From Octopus sinensis (taxonomy: Eukaryota): DNA of 64,000 nucleotides. The stretch lies in contig NW_021835962.1 in NCBI RefSeq assembly GCF_006345805.1, positions 1 to 64,000 of the forward strand. The letters are read 5' to 3'. Below the pieces are notes generated by a model that was not told the DNA's origin, did not search any database, and saw nothing but the letters and a program-made list of their open reading frames with translations. The position numbers and the translations under genes are program-made. Shown piece after piece: positions 11,878-24,329 of this stretch (position 1 is its first letter; every line of letters begins with the position of its first letter).

Positions 11878-12810
11878 CTCCCCTTCAACGAACTCTCTCT
11901 GGAGTTGCCGACTGCCGACCTCCTGGAATTCTGGACTGACGCTAAACTACCCCTCCCGTCCGACATGTCTGTGCAACGGGAATGGGATGAAATCTGGGCC
12001 GCCGACTCGTTTTCAAAGATGAAACCAGAGCTAGACCAACACCGGCTAGCGTGCCTACTCTCGGCCGCATATCCTCAAGCGGTGCATGGCTCGGCGCCTA
12101 CCCATCTACATCAACAGGAACCTTTTTGGATGACGACTGCCTGAGGATCGGGATCTCCCTTCGGCTTGGCCTCGACATATGCAGCATCCACCGATGCCGA
12201 TGTGGAGCCAAAGTCGACGCAAAAGGGCTTCACCATCTTTCGTGTCGCAGGAGTGCCGGTCGATGTCCTCGCCACGCCTCGTTAAATGACGTCGTGTTTA
12301 GAGCCCTCAAGGCTGCAGGCTTTCCGTCACAACTTGAGCCTGTCGGATTGGACCGTGGTGACGGCAAACGCCCAGACGGAATGACAATCTTTCCTTTTCG
12401 GGAGGCCAAGTGCCTTGTCTGGGATGGTACGTGCATCGACTCTTTCTCTTCATCGGCAATCATGTCATCTGCCACTTCCCCCGGGTCCGCTGCGGAAAAG
12501 GCTGAGACGGCCAAAATTAAAAAAATAACAAGAACTTGGACGCCGTTTTATATTCGTACCAATCGCTTTGGAGACTTCGGGCGTCGCAGGGTCTCTAACC
12601 TCGGCCTTCATTAGCGACATCGGGAGGAAATTGGCCCACAGGACGAAAGAGCCACGCGAGGTTTCGTGGCTATTGCAGCGGATATCCATCGCCATTCTCC
12701 GTGGCAACACGCATGCGGTACTTTCCGCAGGAGGGTGCGTGCTTTAGCCCCCCCAGAATTCCCCCTCTGTACATTCCTAACTTAATTTGTTTTCTTTTTT
12801 TTTGAAAAAA
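11878..12810 (+). mobile_element. CRE-like retroelement 3' portion, frameshifted
   Basis: HRCRCGAKVDAKGLHHLSC, DRGDGKRPDG, WLLQRISIAILRGN. Confidence 0.9.
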
Positions 12811-12819
12811 AGATATCTT

Positions 12820-13230
12820 GTAAAACAACTGCGAGAGAAGCTATTATTAACAATTCACCCAAAACATGGGTAGCATTATTTTTAGCAACGATTCGGCAAT
12901 TTTGTAGGATGCAAGTAACCCATCTATGAAATAGGTTAAAAGTAATACTTTTTCCTGCAAGAACATGATGAGTGATTAACTTTTGAATGGTAGTAGGTTC
13001 ATCAATCTTGTTTTTATATTTTGAAAATATTCGTGCGAAGATTCGACTATATTTGGATGTTTAGTCCTCATATGGTGTACTAATCTTGACAATTTCATTG
13101 AACTATTTTTGCAGATTATGAAAAAAGGTTTGTCTCCACTAAAATAAAAATAATACCATGATCTATTTTCTTTCCAAACACCATTCGAGTATTTTTTATG
13201 TACCAAAATTGGTGCACCACGGTTGAGAAT
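12820..13230 (-). mobile_element. hAT transposase N-terminal BED-finger fragment (ZBED5/Buster-like)
   Basis: DKPFFIIC...SMKLSRLVHHMRTKHP resembles the BED finger at 62130-62369. Confidence 0.6.
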
Positions 13231-13234
13231 CACC

Positions 13235-14255
13235 GGTCTGAATCAATTATGGCAGTCACTCTCTGTAAAAATTCAAATCTGTAGTTGTGCTTTAGACTTT
13301 TTATGATCCCCATATTACATGGCTGAATGGGAATAAAGTCATTCATTTTCATAGTTTTACCAAAGCTAGTAGTTTTATGGGTTAATATGTGACCATTCAT
13401 TGGCACATTTCTCCCTGGTTTGAGCAAACCAGACGGACAAAGCAGTCTCTACATTTTTTTCTTTGCCATGGCGTCGTCTTTTGCAACTAAAATTGGTGCA
13501 ATTTGATTCAGCCAATAACATAATTTCTTCTCTGTTCTTCAAAATCCCTGAAACTTGAGACTGAAAACATTGGAATCCTCCTTGAATAAACAAATTGATT
13601 ATTTCCAATTTTTGAGAAAGTGTAAGATCACCACGTAACATAAATGAGATGCGCAATGATAATTCAATTTTAAAACAGGAACAGCCAGTACACCAGCTAC
13701 GCATGTTGGCAGAAGAAAGGAAGTTGACGAAGTACGCTGTGCTTCCGAACGTCGTTGAGTTTGTCCCCCTAGCCTTTGAGACCTTGTGGTTAAAGAAGGT
13801 AGAAAATCTGTTACGGGTTGTGGGAGGAAGAATCTCACAGAATACAAATGACCGGAGGGAGACGAGCTGGCTTTTCCAGCGCATCTCGGTTGCAATTCTT
13901 CGCGGGAATGCCTCTCTATCCGCATGCTTCGTCGTCGGACTAACCCTCAAGTTCACGACATTAATTCTCTATTAATTAACTATTTAGTTAAGTTTTTCGT
14001 AAAGAAAAAAAAAAAAAAAAAATTTTAAAATTACAAATTATTGTTATGCAATTAAGCAAAAATTTTTATAAGAAAAAATAGTAAATGTTCCCAGTGAGAG
14101 TATGCAATAAACCGATTTATGCAATTAACCGATATATTTGAATGTAAAGTATATAAATTATGGTTTTAAACATAAATTTATGCAATTAACCGATATATTT
14201 TGCATGTAAAGTATAATTTTACACATAAATTTATGCAATTAACCAATTTCTACTG
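13235..14255 (-). mobile_element. Tigger/pogo 5' half with TIR and subterminal repeats, interrupted by a CRE insertion
   Basis: Terminus TA|CAGTAGAAATTGGTTAATTGCAT at 14255. Five tatgcaat(t/a)aa(c/g)c repeats at 14046-14244. HTH LTLSQKLEII..SQVSGILKNREEI and KNVETALSVWF. Confidence 0.7.
13676..14020 (+). mobile_element. 5'-truncated CRE copy with poly(A) tail and 10-bp TSD
   Basis: AEERKLTKY..FVPLAFETL..WLFQRISVAILRGN. A-tail at 14005-14022. AATTTTAAAA at 13666-13675 and 14021-14030. Confidence 0.9.
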
Positions 14256-14639
14256 TAATTTAATTGAAAAATCGGTTTTTAATTATAAAATATAAATAAG
14301 AAAAGTCATTTTTATGCGAAAAAATTACTTGACTGTTTCAGTGGAGGATGGCGATACAATTCTTTCCCAAAGCCACGATGATTTACGTGGCTCACTTATA
14401 CTATTAGTAGTTCATTTCTAAAATCAATGAGGAAGGCCGTGTTGAGATCCCACGCCTGAAGTTTCGATTAGGACTTGAAATCTATATAGTATAGTTTAAA
14501 TCAATCTTATATACAAAAATTATAATATTTCAAACTGAAAGACCCCTGGCCTTTAAGAATGACACAACCAGATCATCAGGTAACTCGTTTGCTATCAGCA
14601 GGTGCAGCCACTGGGGAATCATAATTGCTGATATAACTT

Positions 14640-14800
14640 ATAATTCAAACGCGTGACGCTAAAACCAAACATATTCCCCTTTGGAAAGGAAAGGTCGTCA
14701 TTCTGTGTGCTCTTCTCCCGTCTACTGCGAATTCCAGTTAAGTGTGGAATCCAGAATTACGGAGAGACCGGTGGATGATCTGATTTAGTTTTGGATGTCG
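14640..14800 (-). mobile_element. CRE RLE fragment
   Basis: LNQIIHRSLRNSGF..LE..VDGRRA.RMTTFPFQRG. Confidence 0.6.
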
Positions 14801-15486
14801 TAAAAGCTTCCAATTCCGTGATGACATGTAAGGGAGTCATTGCTGTACCACCCATCGGCTGTTTATTGTAATCAGAAAGAACATTCTCAATCATTTCTTA
14901 GAGGACCGACAAGAAGTACGCCCCAAGTCAACTAGGGTGGTCAGACAGATGCTTCCAAAGAGTGAGTTGTCTCTATGTCTGCATTAAAATAGATATTTAG
15001 AATAATATTATCTAAATCTATCATATGTCTTTAAGACTTAGCTCTTTGGAACAGAAATTGTCGGTTTTATTGGAATTGAAAACAAGGAAAGCTCTTTATT
15101 GACACCTCTTAATAAGCTTTATATTCAAATATCATCCAATTTATACTTAAAACCAGAAATTGTGGCCACATGTGTGTTTTTTAACATCCGAAAATACCTG
15201 CTTTTCTGATCAGACAAAAAAGCGAAATAGAATGCATTCCCCTAAATTAAAATTAGGCATCAAGAGAAAAAAATAGCATAAAAATGAATGAAAAAATAAA
15301 AATGCTCATTTTTAATATTATTTTCGTATTAACAAATTTTGTTTTATAAATACCGAAATCTCCTTAATTGATACTCAGATTTCAAAGAGAATATTAAAAT
15401 TGATAGCCTTCCTTAACAAAAATATTAAATAAATATTTTCAAAAAGAGGAATAATCATTTTTGTTTTAGAAAAGACTCGAGTATCA

Positions 15487-15893
15487 ATGCGTCAATACTT
15501 CTTAGGTAAATCGGACAGGAGACGAATTTGCTAACCAGCAAGCAAGACATTCCTTATGAAATGTGTGGAAGTAAGGGAGATGTCTTATAATGTCGTCGTT
15601 TTGGTAATCGCACAGACAAATGACACTACAGAATGGACATAAATGAAGAACTGAGGACTGAAGTGATGGAACTAAGCGTCACGGCCTGTGAGAATTTCTT
15701 GACAAATAATGAAGCAAGCATATATTATTAATGATGTTGATTTGTCAAAGAAACATTGGACAAAAAATTCGGGACAGGATAGCACGTGGTCATCTGGGAA
15801 AGTTTCGGGTTCGATTTAATGCGAGAAGCCTCAACGTTGCTTTACATGTGCTTTGCGGGCTTTCTGGGAATACTCTCCTGGAAGTGTTCTTAA
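15487..15893 (+). pseudogene. DNAL4: Dynein axonemal light chain 4 pseudogene
   Basis: MDINEELRTEVMELSVTACENFLTNNE, then TLDKKFGTG*HVVIWESFGFDLMREASTLLYMCFAGFLGILSWKCS*. A TAG replaces the conserved Trp codon. 28-nt intron at 15604-15631. Confidence 0.8.
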
Positions 15894-15999
15894 TCTTACC
15901 TGATTGCTAAAATTAATAATACAAGGTTACTCTCATTCTGGAATTTCCTATTTCATTTTTTGAAAGAATAATTGAAGTCTCGAAATGAACATTTTCCTT

Positions 16000-16125
16000 G
16001 AATAAGAAAAGTGCTCAACTCAACAAATATTCTGCCATCTTTATCAAAGATCGCTGCAGATTATAATTAAGAGTGAAATCCAACAGTTCGGAAACACCCG
16101 CGGATGATCTCGTTTAGTTGTGGAA
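16000..16125 (-). mobile_element. CRE RLE fragment
   Basis: QLNEIIRGCFRTVGF followed by DKDGR. Confidence 0.45.
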
Positions 16126-16489
16126 GATATTATTAGAGAAAATTTATTTTTATCGTCACGAATTGACAAGGAAAGTACTAAATAAATGAATGATATGTAG
16201 AAATTTCAGGGCTTTACTTCACCCGTTTTTTGTTTTGGATCTATTCAAAAATTTATTTTGTGTTAAATTTAGTCGATTTATATTTCTAAAATTTGAGTCA
16301 ATTTTTGAAAAATAAATTTTCAGCAAACCACGATTAAAGAAGCATTCCTATTAAACCTATTTTGTTTATAAACCATTCCAAATAATGTAATTTCAACGCC
16401 CAAACAGAATGACTTGTTACTTTTCCGTGAAGGGAAATCTTTTGTTTGAAATGTGTCATGCTTAGACTCTTTATCAAAATGCCTTTGCT

Positions 16490-16745
16490 TTCGTCAGCGA
16501 CTGGGAGATATGTCAGTTGAAAAGGAATAGAAGTACGTCCCTCTCTTGAACAATGTGGAAATCATCCAACTTGGGTTTGAGAAAAGAGCTGTCACTGGTG
16601 AGAAAGCAGAGGTATTTTTGAAGGAGGTCGAAAACATTACTTCCAAACGCACATTTGAGAGGAGAATGACCGTACGACTGTTCCAGATAATCTCAATCAC
16701 GAGCCCGAAAAGAAACAAATTGGCTATTCGCCATTCTAAACTGGT
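16490..16745 (+). mobile_element. CRE C-terminal fragment
   Basis: KYVPLLNNVEIIQLGFEK..GEKAEVFLKEV..RLFQIISI. Confidence 0.6.
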
Positions 16746-16899
16746 AAATATATTTGATCGAAATTAAATTATTAGCGATGGGTGTTGATTTATTATACTT
16801 TACATTTCTGTAGTAAGAATAAGGCAATAAAATTTTTTATAAAATGAATGTGAGAATTGCATTTTTTGAATCTAGTTTACTTACTTTAGGCCTAAGAGT

Positions 16900-17270
16900 C
16901 AATCCACTCCAAAAGCAGTCGGCCTTTTTGGAACGACGGCAGGCGTCCCGACAGGATAAAGACCTTTCCTTTTTTGGAAGGCAGGTCCCTATGACTTTTT
17001 TTGGCGACGATGCTACCCAAGACTTGGAGCAACTTGTCCTCCGCCAGTACTCAGATCGAAGAGGACAAAATACCTGTGTATTCTAACCCTTGTCTTCGAA
17101 ACCTCAGGAATCGTCGACAAAACCGCGACACAACTCCTCACTGACATTGATAGGAGAATCTCCTTGAAAACAAACGACGGAAGGGAGAGAAGCTGACTCT
17201 TTTAGCGAATCTTGGTTGCTGAGCTCCACAGAAACTGTCATTCAATACACAAGTCGGTGTCGTTGAGCGA
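16900..17270 (+). mobile_element. CRE RLE fragment
   Basis: After frameshifts: VGLF, DGRRPD, PFLEGRSL, FETSGIVD and NDGRERS. Confidence 0.65.
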
Positions 17271-17349
17271 ACCTTCAAGCCTTCGACTTCTCTTTTAGCT
17301 ACTTATCCTAGCCTGCATCTAACATTGTTTTTTATATAAATTTGCGCAC

Positions 17350-18200
17350 TTGGCACTTGGTTTTAATTATCTTATGCAGCGACCTGGATGGGAAACACAC
17401 AGTCGGCGGATAGAGAGGAAAAATTTTGCTTTCGCAATTGACTTTTTAACAATTCTGAACAATCTATCGAGGAACACAAGAACTCCACTCAACGTGACTG
17501 ATAAGACTATATCACCTGATGTAACCCTATGCTCTTAATCCCTTCATTGACTATGAACTGGTCAGTCCTCTATGAAACGAGAAGCAACCACAAAATCAGA
17601 TGCAAATAGCTAAGAGAATAGTCGAGAAGCTCCGCGGTGAAAATGAAAAAGGGAAGCTTTCACCAAGAAAATTCCTGTTCCATACAATTATAATGCGGCA
17701 AACTGGTCATGGTTCCAGGAGATCTTGAATTCTAAATTAAAGAATTGCAATCTGAACAACTTTAGCTTTCTCAACAAAGTCATCGGCTTCTTTACGAAGA
17801 CTATTTTGGAAGCAAGAGCAATGGCTATATCCAATCGCCAACCTCATGCTGCCGACCTGACCAAGGAAATAAATCCAACCATTGAACAAGGAATTGAAGA
17901 CTAGTGAATACAGATACATTTGTTTGAAATGAAATCGGATCCTTACAGCCGTGAACCGAAATCGTTCAACAGCAGAAGTATGGAAAGCAATTCGGCACGT
18001 GGCCAACGTAACAACAAAAAGCATATTCCTTTCAATATCATTATGGGAATCAAGAGCATTAATGCACCCAATTGATGTAAAAATGGAAGCTCTTTAACCA
18101 GTTATTAGAGAAGATGCTGAGGGAGAAATTCAATTTTTGGAGGATTGCAACTATTCTCTTAGCTACTTGCATCTAATATTGTTTCTGATTTAAAAAAATT
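17350..18200 (+). mobile_element. APE-type LINE fragment (endonuclease end, linker, 3' tail)
   Basis: TILNN..RTP..SPDVTLCS resembles 30612-31139. Linker VNRNRSTAEVWKAIR. Tail ctcttagctacttgcatctaatattg is similar to 17290-17335. Confidence 0.55.
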
Positions 18201-18859
18201 GTTGGAAATAAAGTAACTGATAATGAAAATACTACGAACAATTTGTTATCAAAATACGATAAAATAACGAAAGCAGCAGAAAAAATGAAAAACAAGCAAA
18301 AATGGAAATTCGACCAAATGACATTGAGGTTGTGTATAACGTGTTATTATACGGATTAAGGTCAGGGATAAACTTGTATTTAATAATTCTTTATTTTTGA
18401 AACTATTATTGATTAGAAACCTATGCCAGAGGCAAATAACTGGGTAATCTAATATCTGATATTAATCTAATTGGTCCTGGGTTTAATTCCCAGGGGCTGC
18501 CTGTGCCAAAAGCTCCGATTAGCGTTTGAAAACTGACACCGTCATGACATCTAATCACACAGATTCCAAAAATACGTTGCAAAAATACAAAACGGCCTTA
18601 TTATCTTATTTGTCAATATTCTTTCTCAAATGAGGCGATGAAGCCATCACGATTGCAGGATCATTTAAAACGCAAGCACCTGGATAAAATGTCAAGGCCG
18701 ATTGAATAATTTCAAACTTTAAAATAAGCAAACGATCAAATCGCTACAGTCGGACCTCGGTTTGAAATATAAAATATGAATTATAATGCTTCCACTTGTC
18801 TGACTTTTTGCTCACTTAGTTATCCCAAAGCGACTGTGAATTAACAGGACTGTTTCTTG

Positions 18860-19620
18860 CCTCCAAATATGCAGTTGTCGGCCGGGAAAATCTGACCATT
18901 GAGTTACTGAAGGACGCACAAAGGAAACTCTTTGCTTAACCGAATCAACAGTAAATCACTACACTCGGTGATGTTCAAATGTATGGAGGAATCAGATGTC
19001 GACATATCTACTTACTTCGCAATGGCTATCGAAAGGGAACAATGGTCCACGAAGCGAAGCATTGTACATCTTTTGCAAGATAGGAATTTGTTCTTAGCAT
19101 ACACGGGATCACTCTGCGTCCATTGCAAAAAGCAGGCAGACTGTTGACCATCTGGCCACGCAGTGTGGTAGGATGCTAAACAGTGACACAACGAAGAGTA
19201 TTCATCTTCACTTGTGTCGAATGTATGGAATTAAACGAAGCAGGAATTGAAAGGACATTCGGTGTGTCATAATGTCGACCCAAAATGTCGAAATCAGAGT
19301 TGACACGTCAATTATGACTGAAACGAAAGTCCAATTCAATAAACCTGATATTTTCGTTTATGACAAGAAAAAAAGAGAAATTTATTTAATCGAAGTGGGA
19401 GTTACCTCGCAAGACCGTTTAAAAGCAAGTTGAGGTGGAGAATTTCACAAATACGGGCCTGCTTGCAAACTAACTGTCGGTTCTCTATGAAGCAAACGTG
19501 AAGATTATTCCAATTGTCTTGACATGGGGTGGAGTTGTCTCAAAGTTCTTTAAAAGTCATATAAACAAGTTATCCAATCAACTTGCGGAGCTGGCATGTC
19601 GTGAGGACACTCAGTTGAAT
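18860..19620 (+). mobile_element. R4/Dong-like RLE retroelement C-terminal region, decayed
   Basis: LQDRNLF, CVHCKK..VDHLATQCGRML, NKPDIFVYDKKKREIYLIEVGVTSQDRL, KIIPIVLTW. Confidence 0.8.
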
Positions 19621-20741
19621 AAAATCATTGACGCAGAAATAGAAAATGAAAGGAAGTTTATGGAAACTCTTCTTCCAAGCGAAGAAGAGAAATCACTGAA
19701 GATCTGGATTTTTAATTGGATAATTTAAAATAGAATTGACATATTAAAGAAAAGTTGAAGTTGATATAAAATTAATCGGAAATTAAAAATTAAGATTTTT
19801 AACTGTAAAATTTAGAGCAATTGAATCAAATTTTGATAAAAATAAAACAAAGAAAATAAAGTCGATAAATTATAAAATATCAATAAAAATCAATGTATAT
19901 AATAGAAAGTAAAAGATATCAGTTAAAAAGATGCATTCAATTGAAATTAAATTATAAAAAAATGGACACATTAACTTGTAAAATAACTTTTATCAAGATA
20001 TTCTACATGTACCAATATTTAATCTTCAATTAAATGCAAATATTATTTAAAAAAATGTTGAATAACAAATAATAATCAACCGAATTCTTTTTTTTCGTAA
20101 TTAAAAAGTAACCACATCAACTGTCGAAAATAGAACACGCTGATGAAAATAATGATTCAATATTTATACTTTTTAATTATTTAAAAAATAATATTTATAG
20201 AAAATATATAGTTAAAGTTTAATCATTGATTATGTAACTTAATTCAGAAAACTTTTAAAATAAAAACTAAAAAATCTAGGTTCGAATTAACTTGGTCTAT
20301 CAGCCTTGATCACTGCTTACTGACCTTATTCTGGCGATTGGCTTTGTGCTGTCCCTTTGACATACGCCGGATCTTTCGTTGATGACAAATCCGACAGATC
20401 ACGATTTGCCTCCTTCTGTGTCTTTAAGTAAGCAGGCCTTCTTTTCCTCTCGATGCGAGAGCTATCGACTATAAGGAACTTTATCCTCTCTTTTGCAAAC
20501 TGATTGTAGGTAGATTACTTTGTTATTCCCCACGACATTATCAGAGGAGCCTTGATTCAATGGCGTTTGTTCTATTCTGGGTCTCAATCACGGAACTGGA
20601 ACACTCTTTTCCATTTTGGAAAAGTCAATGTAAGGCCTGCGATATCACCCGGAGATTTTTTGTGACTTATTAATAAAATTAATTTACCTCATAATAACAT
20701 CGAAATCATGTATCCTGTGGGATAAATGGAGAATTTTTTGG

Positions 20742-20893
20742 ATCATATTAAACAAACGCCCCCAAATTTACACATATTAAACAAACGCCCCCAAATTTAC
20801 ACATATTAAACAAAACGCCCCAGAATTACACATATTAACAAACGCCCCTAAATTTACACATATTAAACAAACGCCCCTAAACAAACGCCCCTA
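20742..20893. repeat. 29-bp minisatellite, about 5 units
   Basis: Unit atattaaacaaacgcccccaaatttacac, no spacers. Confidence 0.9.
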
Positions 20894-21943
20894 TTTATAC
20901 ATGTCAAACATTCGACGAAAACATTAAAATATGTAAAACTAAAAATCAAATTTATAAATAAATACTATACTTTAGAAACAAGTTTATTGAACAACATAAT
21001 AATTTTTCAAAAGCTCCATTAACTTTTCAAAAGGATCACCAATTACGTTGTCACGCCACATAAATTCGTTTAGGTAGTCTTGTAAAAATTCTTTTTTGAC
21101 ACCTTTCATTTTCTTACAACGCAATTTGTTTTTATTCCAATAGGACTCCACATGTTGGGTATGAACACCGGTGGTTGGTTCAATAAAATTAATTGAGTGG
21201 TTTACGGTAGCGTGGTCATACCCAAAAACATTCAAATTGGAATAGGCCCTCCATTCATCACTATGGATAATTGATCCTGGCAGAATGACTTCACAGATAA
21301 TTGGTTTTAAAGTGGCCGCTGATCGATTTGGAATCACTCGCATAAAACCTCTTCCCGGTGAAAATGAGGTATCAACAATACCGAATACCCACACTTGAGA
21401 ATTAGCAAGTCTACCCCGATGGTACTTTTGTTTATGACAAAAGAGACTTTCATCAAATTGGCAGACTACATTTTCTCCACCCAATTTTACGGGATTACTT
21501 TCAAAGTGTCTGTTAATACATTTTCTAATGGTTTTAAGAATTTCTATAACTGTTGGAGATGATACAGTCAGTGATTTTTTAATCATAACAATTGATTCTT
21601 CATTGCTCCACCTATACAAATATCTAACCATGTTTTGAGACTTATACTCGAAGTAGCCAAAACAGAACCTGTTCGTATTGACAATGTGGTCTTGTATTTT
21701 GAACAGTTTGAATTCTGACATTTCCAAGTATATTGGTCAGATAAGGTACGCTTGAAAACCCAAACCATTTCTTTTCTGCAGTAAACACACATCATTTTTG
21801 ATTTCATTAGTCCTTTTGCCTTAAAAAATGATATTATCCCGATTGTATCACTTCCTAGAAGTTCTCTTAAAGTTGTTTCGTATGTACTACCTACAATAAA
21901 CATGGGAAAAATTATAATATAATTTTTTATAACATCAATATAA

Positions 21944-22124
21944 CACATATTAAACAAACGCCCCTAACTTCACACATATTAAACAAACGCCCCCAAAATT
22001 ACACATATTAAACAAACGCCCCTAAATTTACACATATTAAACAAACGCCCCCAAAATTACACATATTAAACAAACGCCCCTAAATTTACACATATTAAAC
22101 AAACGCCCCTAAACAAACGCCCCT
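21944..22124. repeat. 29-bp minisatellite, about 6 units, same orientation as 20742-20893
   Basis: Same unit, followed by a ~220-nt near-exact copy of 20893-21115. Confidence 0.9.
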
Positions 22125-22494
22125 ATTTATACATGTCAAACATTCGACGAAAACATTAAAATAATGTAAAACTAAAAATCAAATTTATAAATAAATACTA
22201 TACTTTAGAAACAAGTTTATTGAACAACATAATAATTTTTCAAAAGCTCCATTAACTTTTCAAAAGGATCACCAATTACGTTGTCACGCCACATAAATTC
22301 GTTTAGGTAGTCTTGTAAAAATTCTTTTTTGACACCTTTCATTTTCATTGTTTAATGTGATCCAATTTTTTTGCTTCAGACAGTTTATTCAGTTGTTTGA
22401 ATAAAATCTATGGCTATGGAAATAAAACTGATAATTATTATCTATAAATAATGATTTTTATAACTTTTCGGAGTAATAAATCTGTTTCAATTTT

Positions 22495-22544
22495 TGGACA
22501 AAACCTCAGCTTTTGGAACACTTAGTGCTCGAAATCCGAGTGTA
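22495..22544 (+). mobile_element. pogo right-end remnant of the 3721-5012 family
   Basis: ttggacaaaacctcagcttttggaacacttagtg matches ttgacaaaacctcagtttttggaacacttagtg at about 4960-4990. Confidence 0.65.
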
Positions 22545-24329
22545 TTAATCCAGGTCTGAGGCGTTTTATAAATGACCTTTAACCTAACCAAGTGACATTA
22601 TTTAAAAGCCTAAGTAATGATTTCAGCAAATTGCAGTTTGATCAGATTAATTAGAGAAGTACAAGAAGAAAGACCAACCGTACTGATCCTGAGTTCGTTC
22701 ACGCTTGTTTGAATTGACTTGATCAGTACAAGCAATCAACAACATTTGTGGGGCAATAATTCAGTTTGTTGGTTAGGTCCTCACACACCCACTCGTAGTG
22801 GCCAAGTGACTGGGTCACGTACTTTGGACAGCAAACACTTTTCTACTGAACGCATCTGTTGGCAGTAGTCGCTCATTTCTTGTCGTAATTTCGGTTCTCG
22901 ATTGCCATTATCCGGGGAAACAGTTTGGCAATCCGCCAGGCTACATAGATATCATAAACATAATACTAACTAAATTATCTGATTGTAACCTCAAATTGTA
23001 ATTTCCTCAATTGTGCACAAAACTTGTGACAATTATAACGTCATACTTTATTGTGTTGTGTAATCAAATGGAAAATATCACCTGTAGGGATATCCCCGCT
23101 GTTAGTTAGTTGGAATTAGTCGTCCTTTAATGAGGTCAGCAGTGCCTCCAAGACCAACCACAGTTTTCGGTAATCATTGGCCTGAATAGAGCACGAATGT
23201 TGGCCTAATTCATCGACATAACAGAAATACTCCATGAGATGGAGACTGTCTGTCCACTTGGGAATCTCAGCGTGGTTTTAAGGAGTGTATCCTCGATGCG
23301 GTGATCTTTATTTGATTATTTGGAATATTTTTTATGAAGCCACCCAAATCAAGTATTTTGGCTGATTTGAAAGTGACTTTGAGATATCCTTCGAACATGT
23401 CGGGGATGTCAAAACGCATCATGTGCAGAGGCAAATGAAATCTTTTTAAAATGTGCATTTGACCAGCAAATAGATGCACATTAATACTTTGGTCAACTTG
23501 AAAAAGAAAAACAAGTCGACTGCCAGTGTGGACTGCAGGTCTGTCCAATCTCCACTAAACTCGACCACAAAAGTGTAATTTTTGGCTATTTTAATCTCAT
23601 TAAATCTCTCAATTTTGGAGGTGCAGATATAACAGCCAGTCTTTTTGAGGCTCTAGGACGGCCAGACACGTCTGGTCATCGTTCCTGTCCAAAATAAACA
23701 TAAAACAAATGACTGAGTGAAAGTCCCGCTCAACAATTGCAAAATCAACCGCTTTATAAAGAGTTCGAGATTTGCTTCGGCCCTATCGCTATCATGTTTG
23801 GAGAGTATAATCTAAGCACGCCTTGGATACTCCCGACAGCGAGGATGTCTCATGTGGTTAAGAAAGAGTACCGTTTGTGGAGGATTTGAAGTTGAGCAAT
23901 GCCATCGTGTCCTTTGTGAACTGTTCGTCGGACGCTACTTTCGAACGCCAAAAAAATTTGATTGAAAGAGCCACATTTATTGAAATAGCCCTGTAGAAAC
24001 TGAATTTAATTTTGTCTATGTTCTCTTTGTTTTTATATAGATTTAAGTTTTTAACAAACGTCCATCTTGATTGAATTCTTATGTTTCTGATTTAGTGAAT
24101 ATTGCATCACTGATTTACAAATTAAGCTAATTAGATTATCCTAAGAAAAGCTCTCTTATTAACTGCTGGTGATCTGTAGTCAGCGATAGATCAAAGACCG
24201 CTCGGAAAGTATACTGACAAGCGTCAGCCAAATTTTTGTGTTCGTGATAGACATCGAAAGAATAGTCACCAAATATCACACGGCCAGTCAATTGCTACAG
24301 CTCTTTAAATTGATTAAGCATATTTTTGC

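Larger units (their letters stand above)
20740..22363 (-). mobile_element. Merlin element with TIRs, 8-bp TSD and an internal duplication
   Basis: TIRs GGATCATATTAAACAA (20740) and TTGTTTAATGTGATCC (22348-22363). AATTTTTT at 20732-20739 and 22364-22371. Transposase CQFDESLF, WVFGIVD, IHSDEWRAY, VNHS, HTQHVESYW (20984-21902). Confidence 0.9.

Noticed and set aside
18440-18520. tRNA or tRNA-derived SINE (ggtcctgggtttaattcccagg)
   Set aside because: Only a T-arm-like hairpin; no full cloverleaf and no second copy in the window.
20290-20680. RT or gag fragment on the minus strand (YIDFSK)
   Set aside because: One short motif amid stops; cannot be assigned.
20742-22124. 29-bp repeat arrays as CRISPR arrays
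   Set aside because: Units are contiguous without unique spacers, there are no cas genes, the context is eukaryotic, and they lie within a Merlin element.
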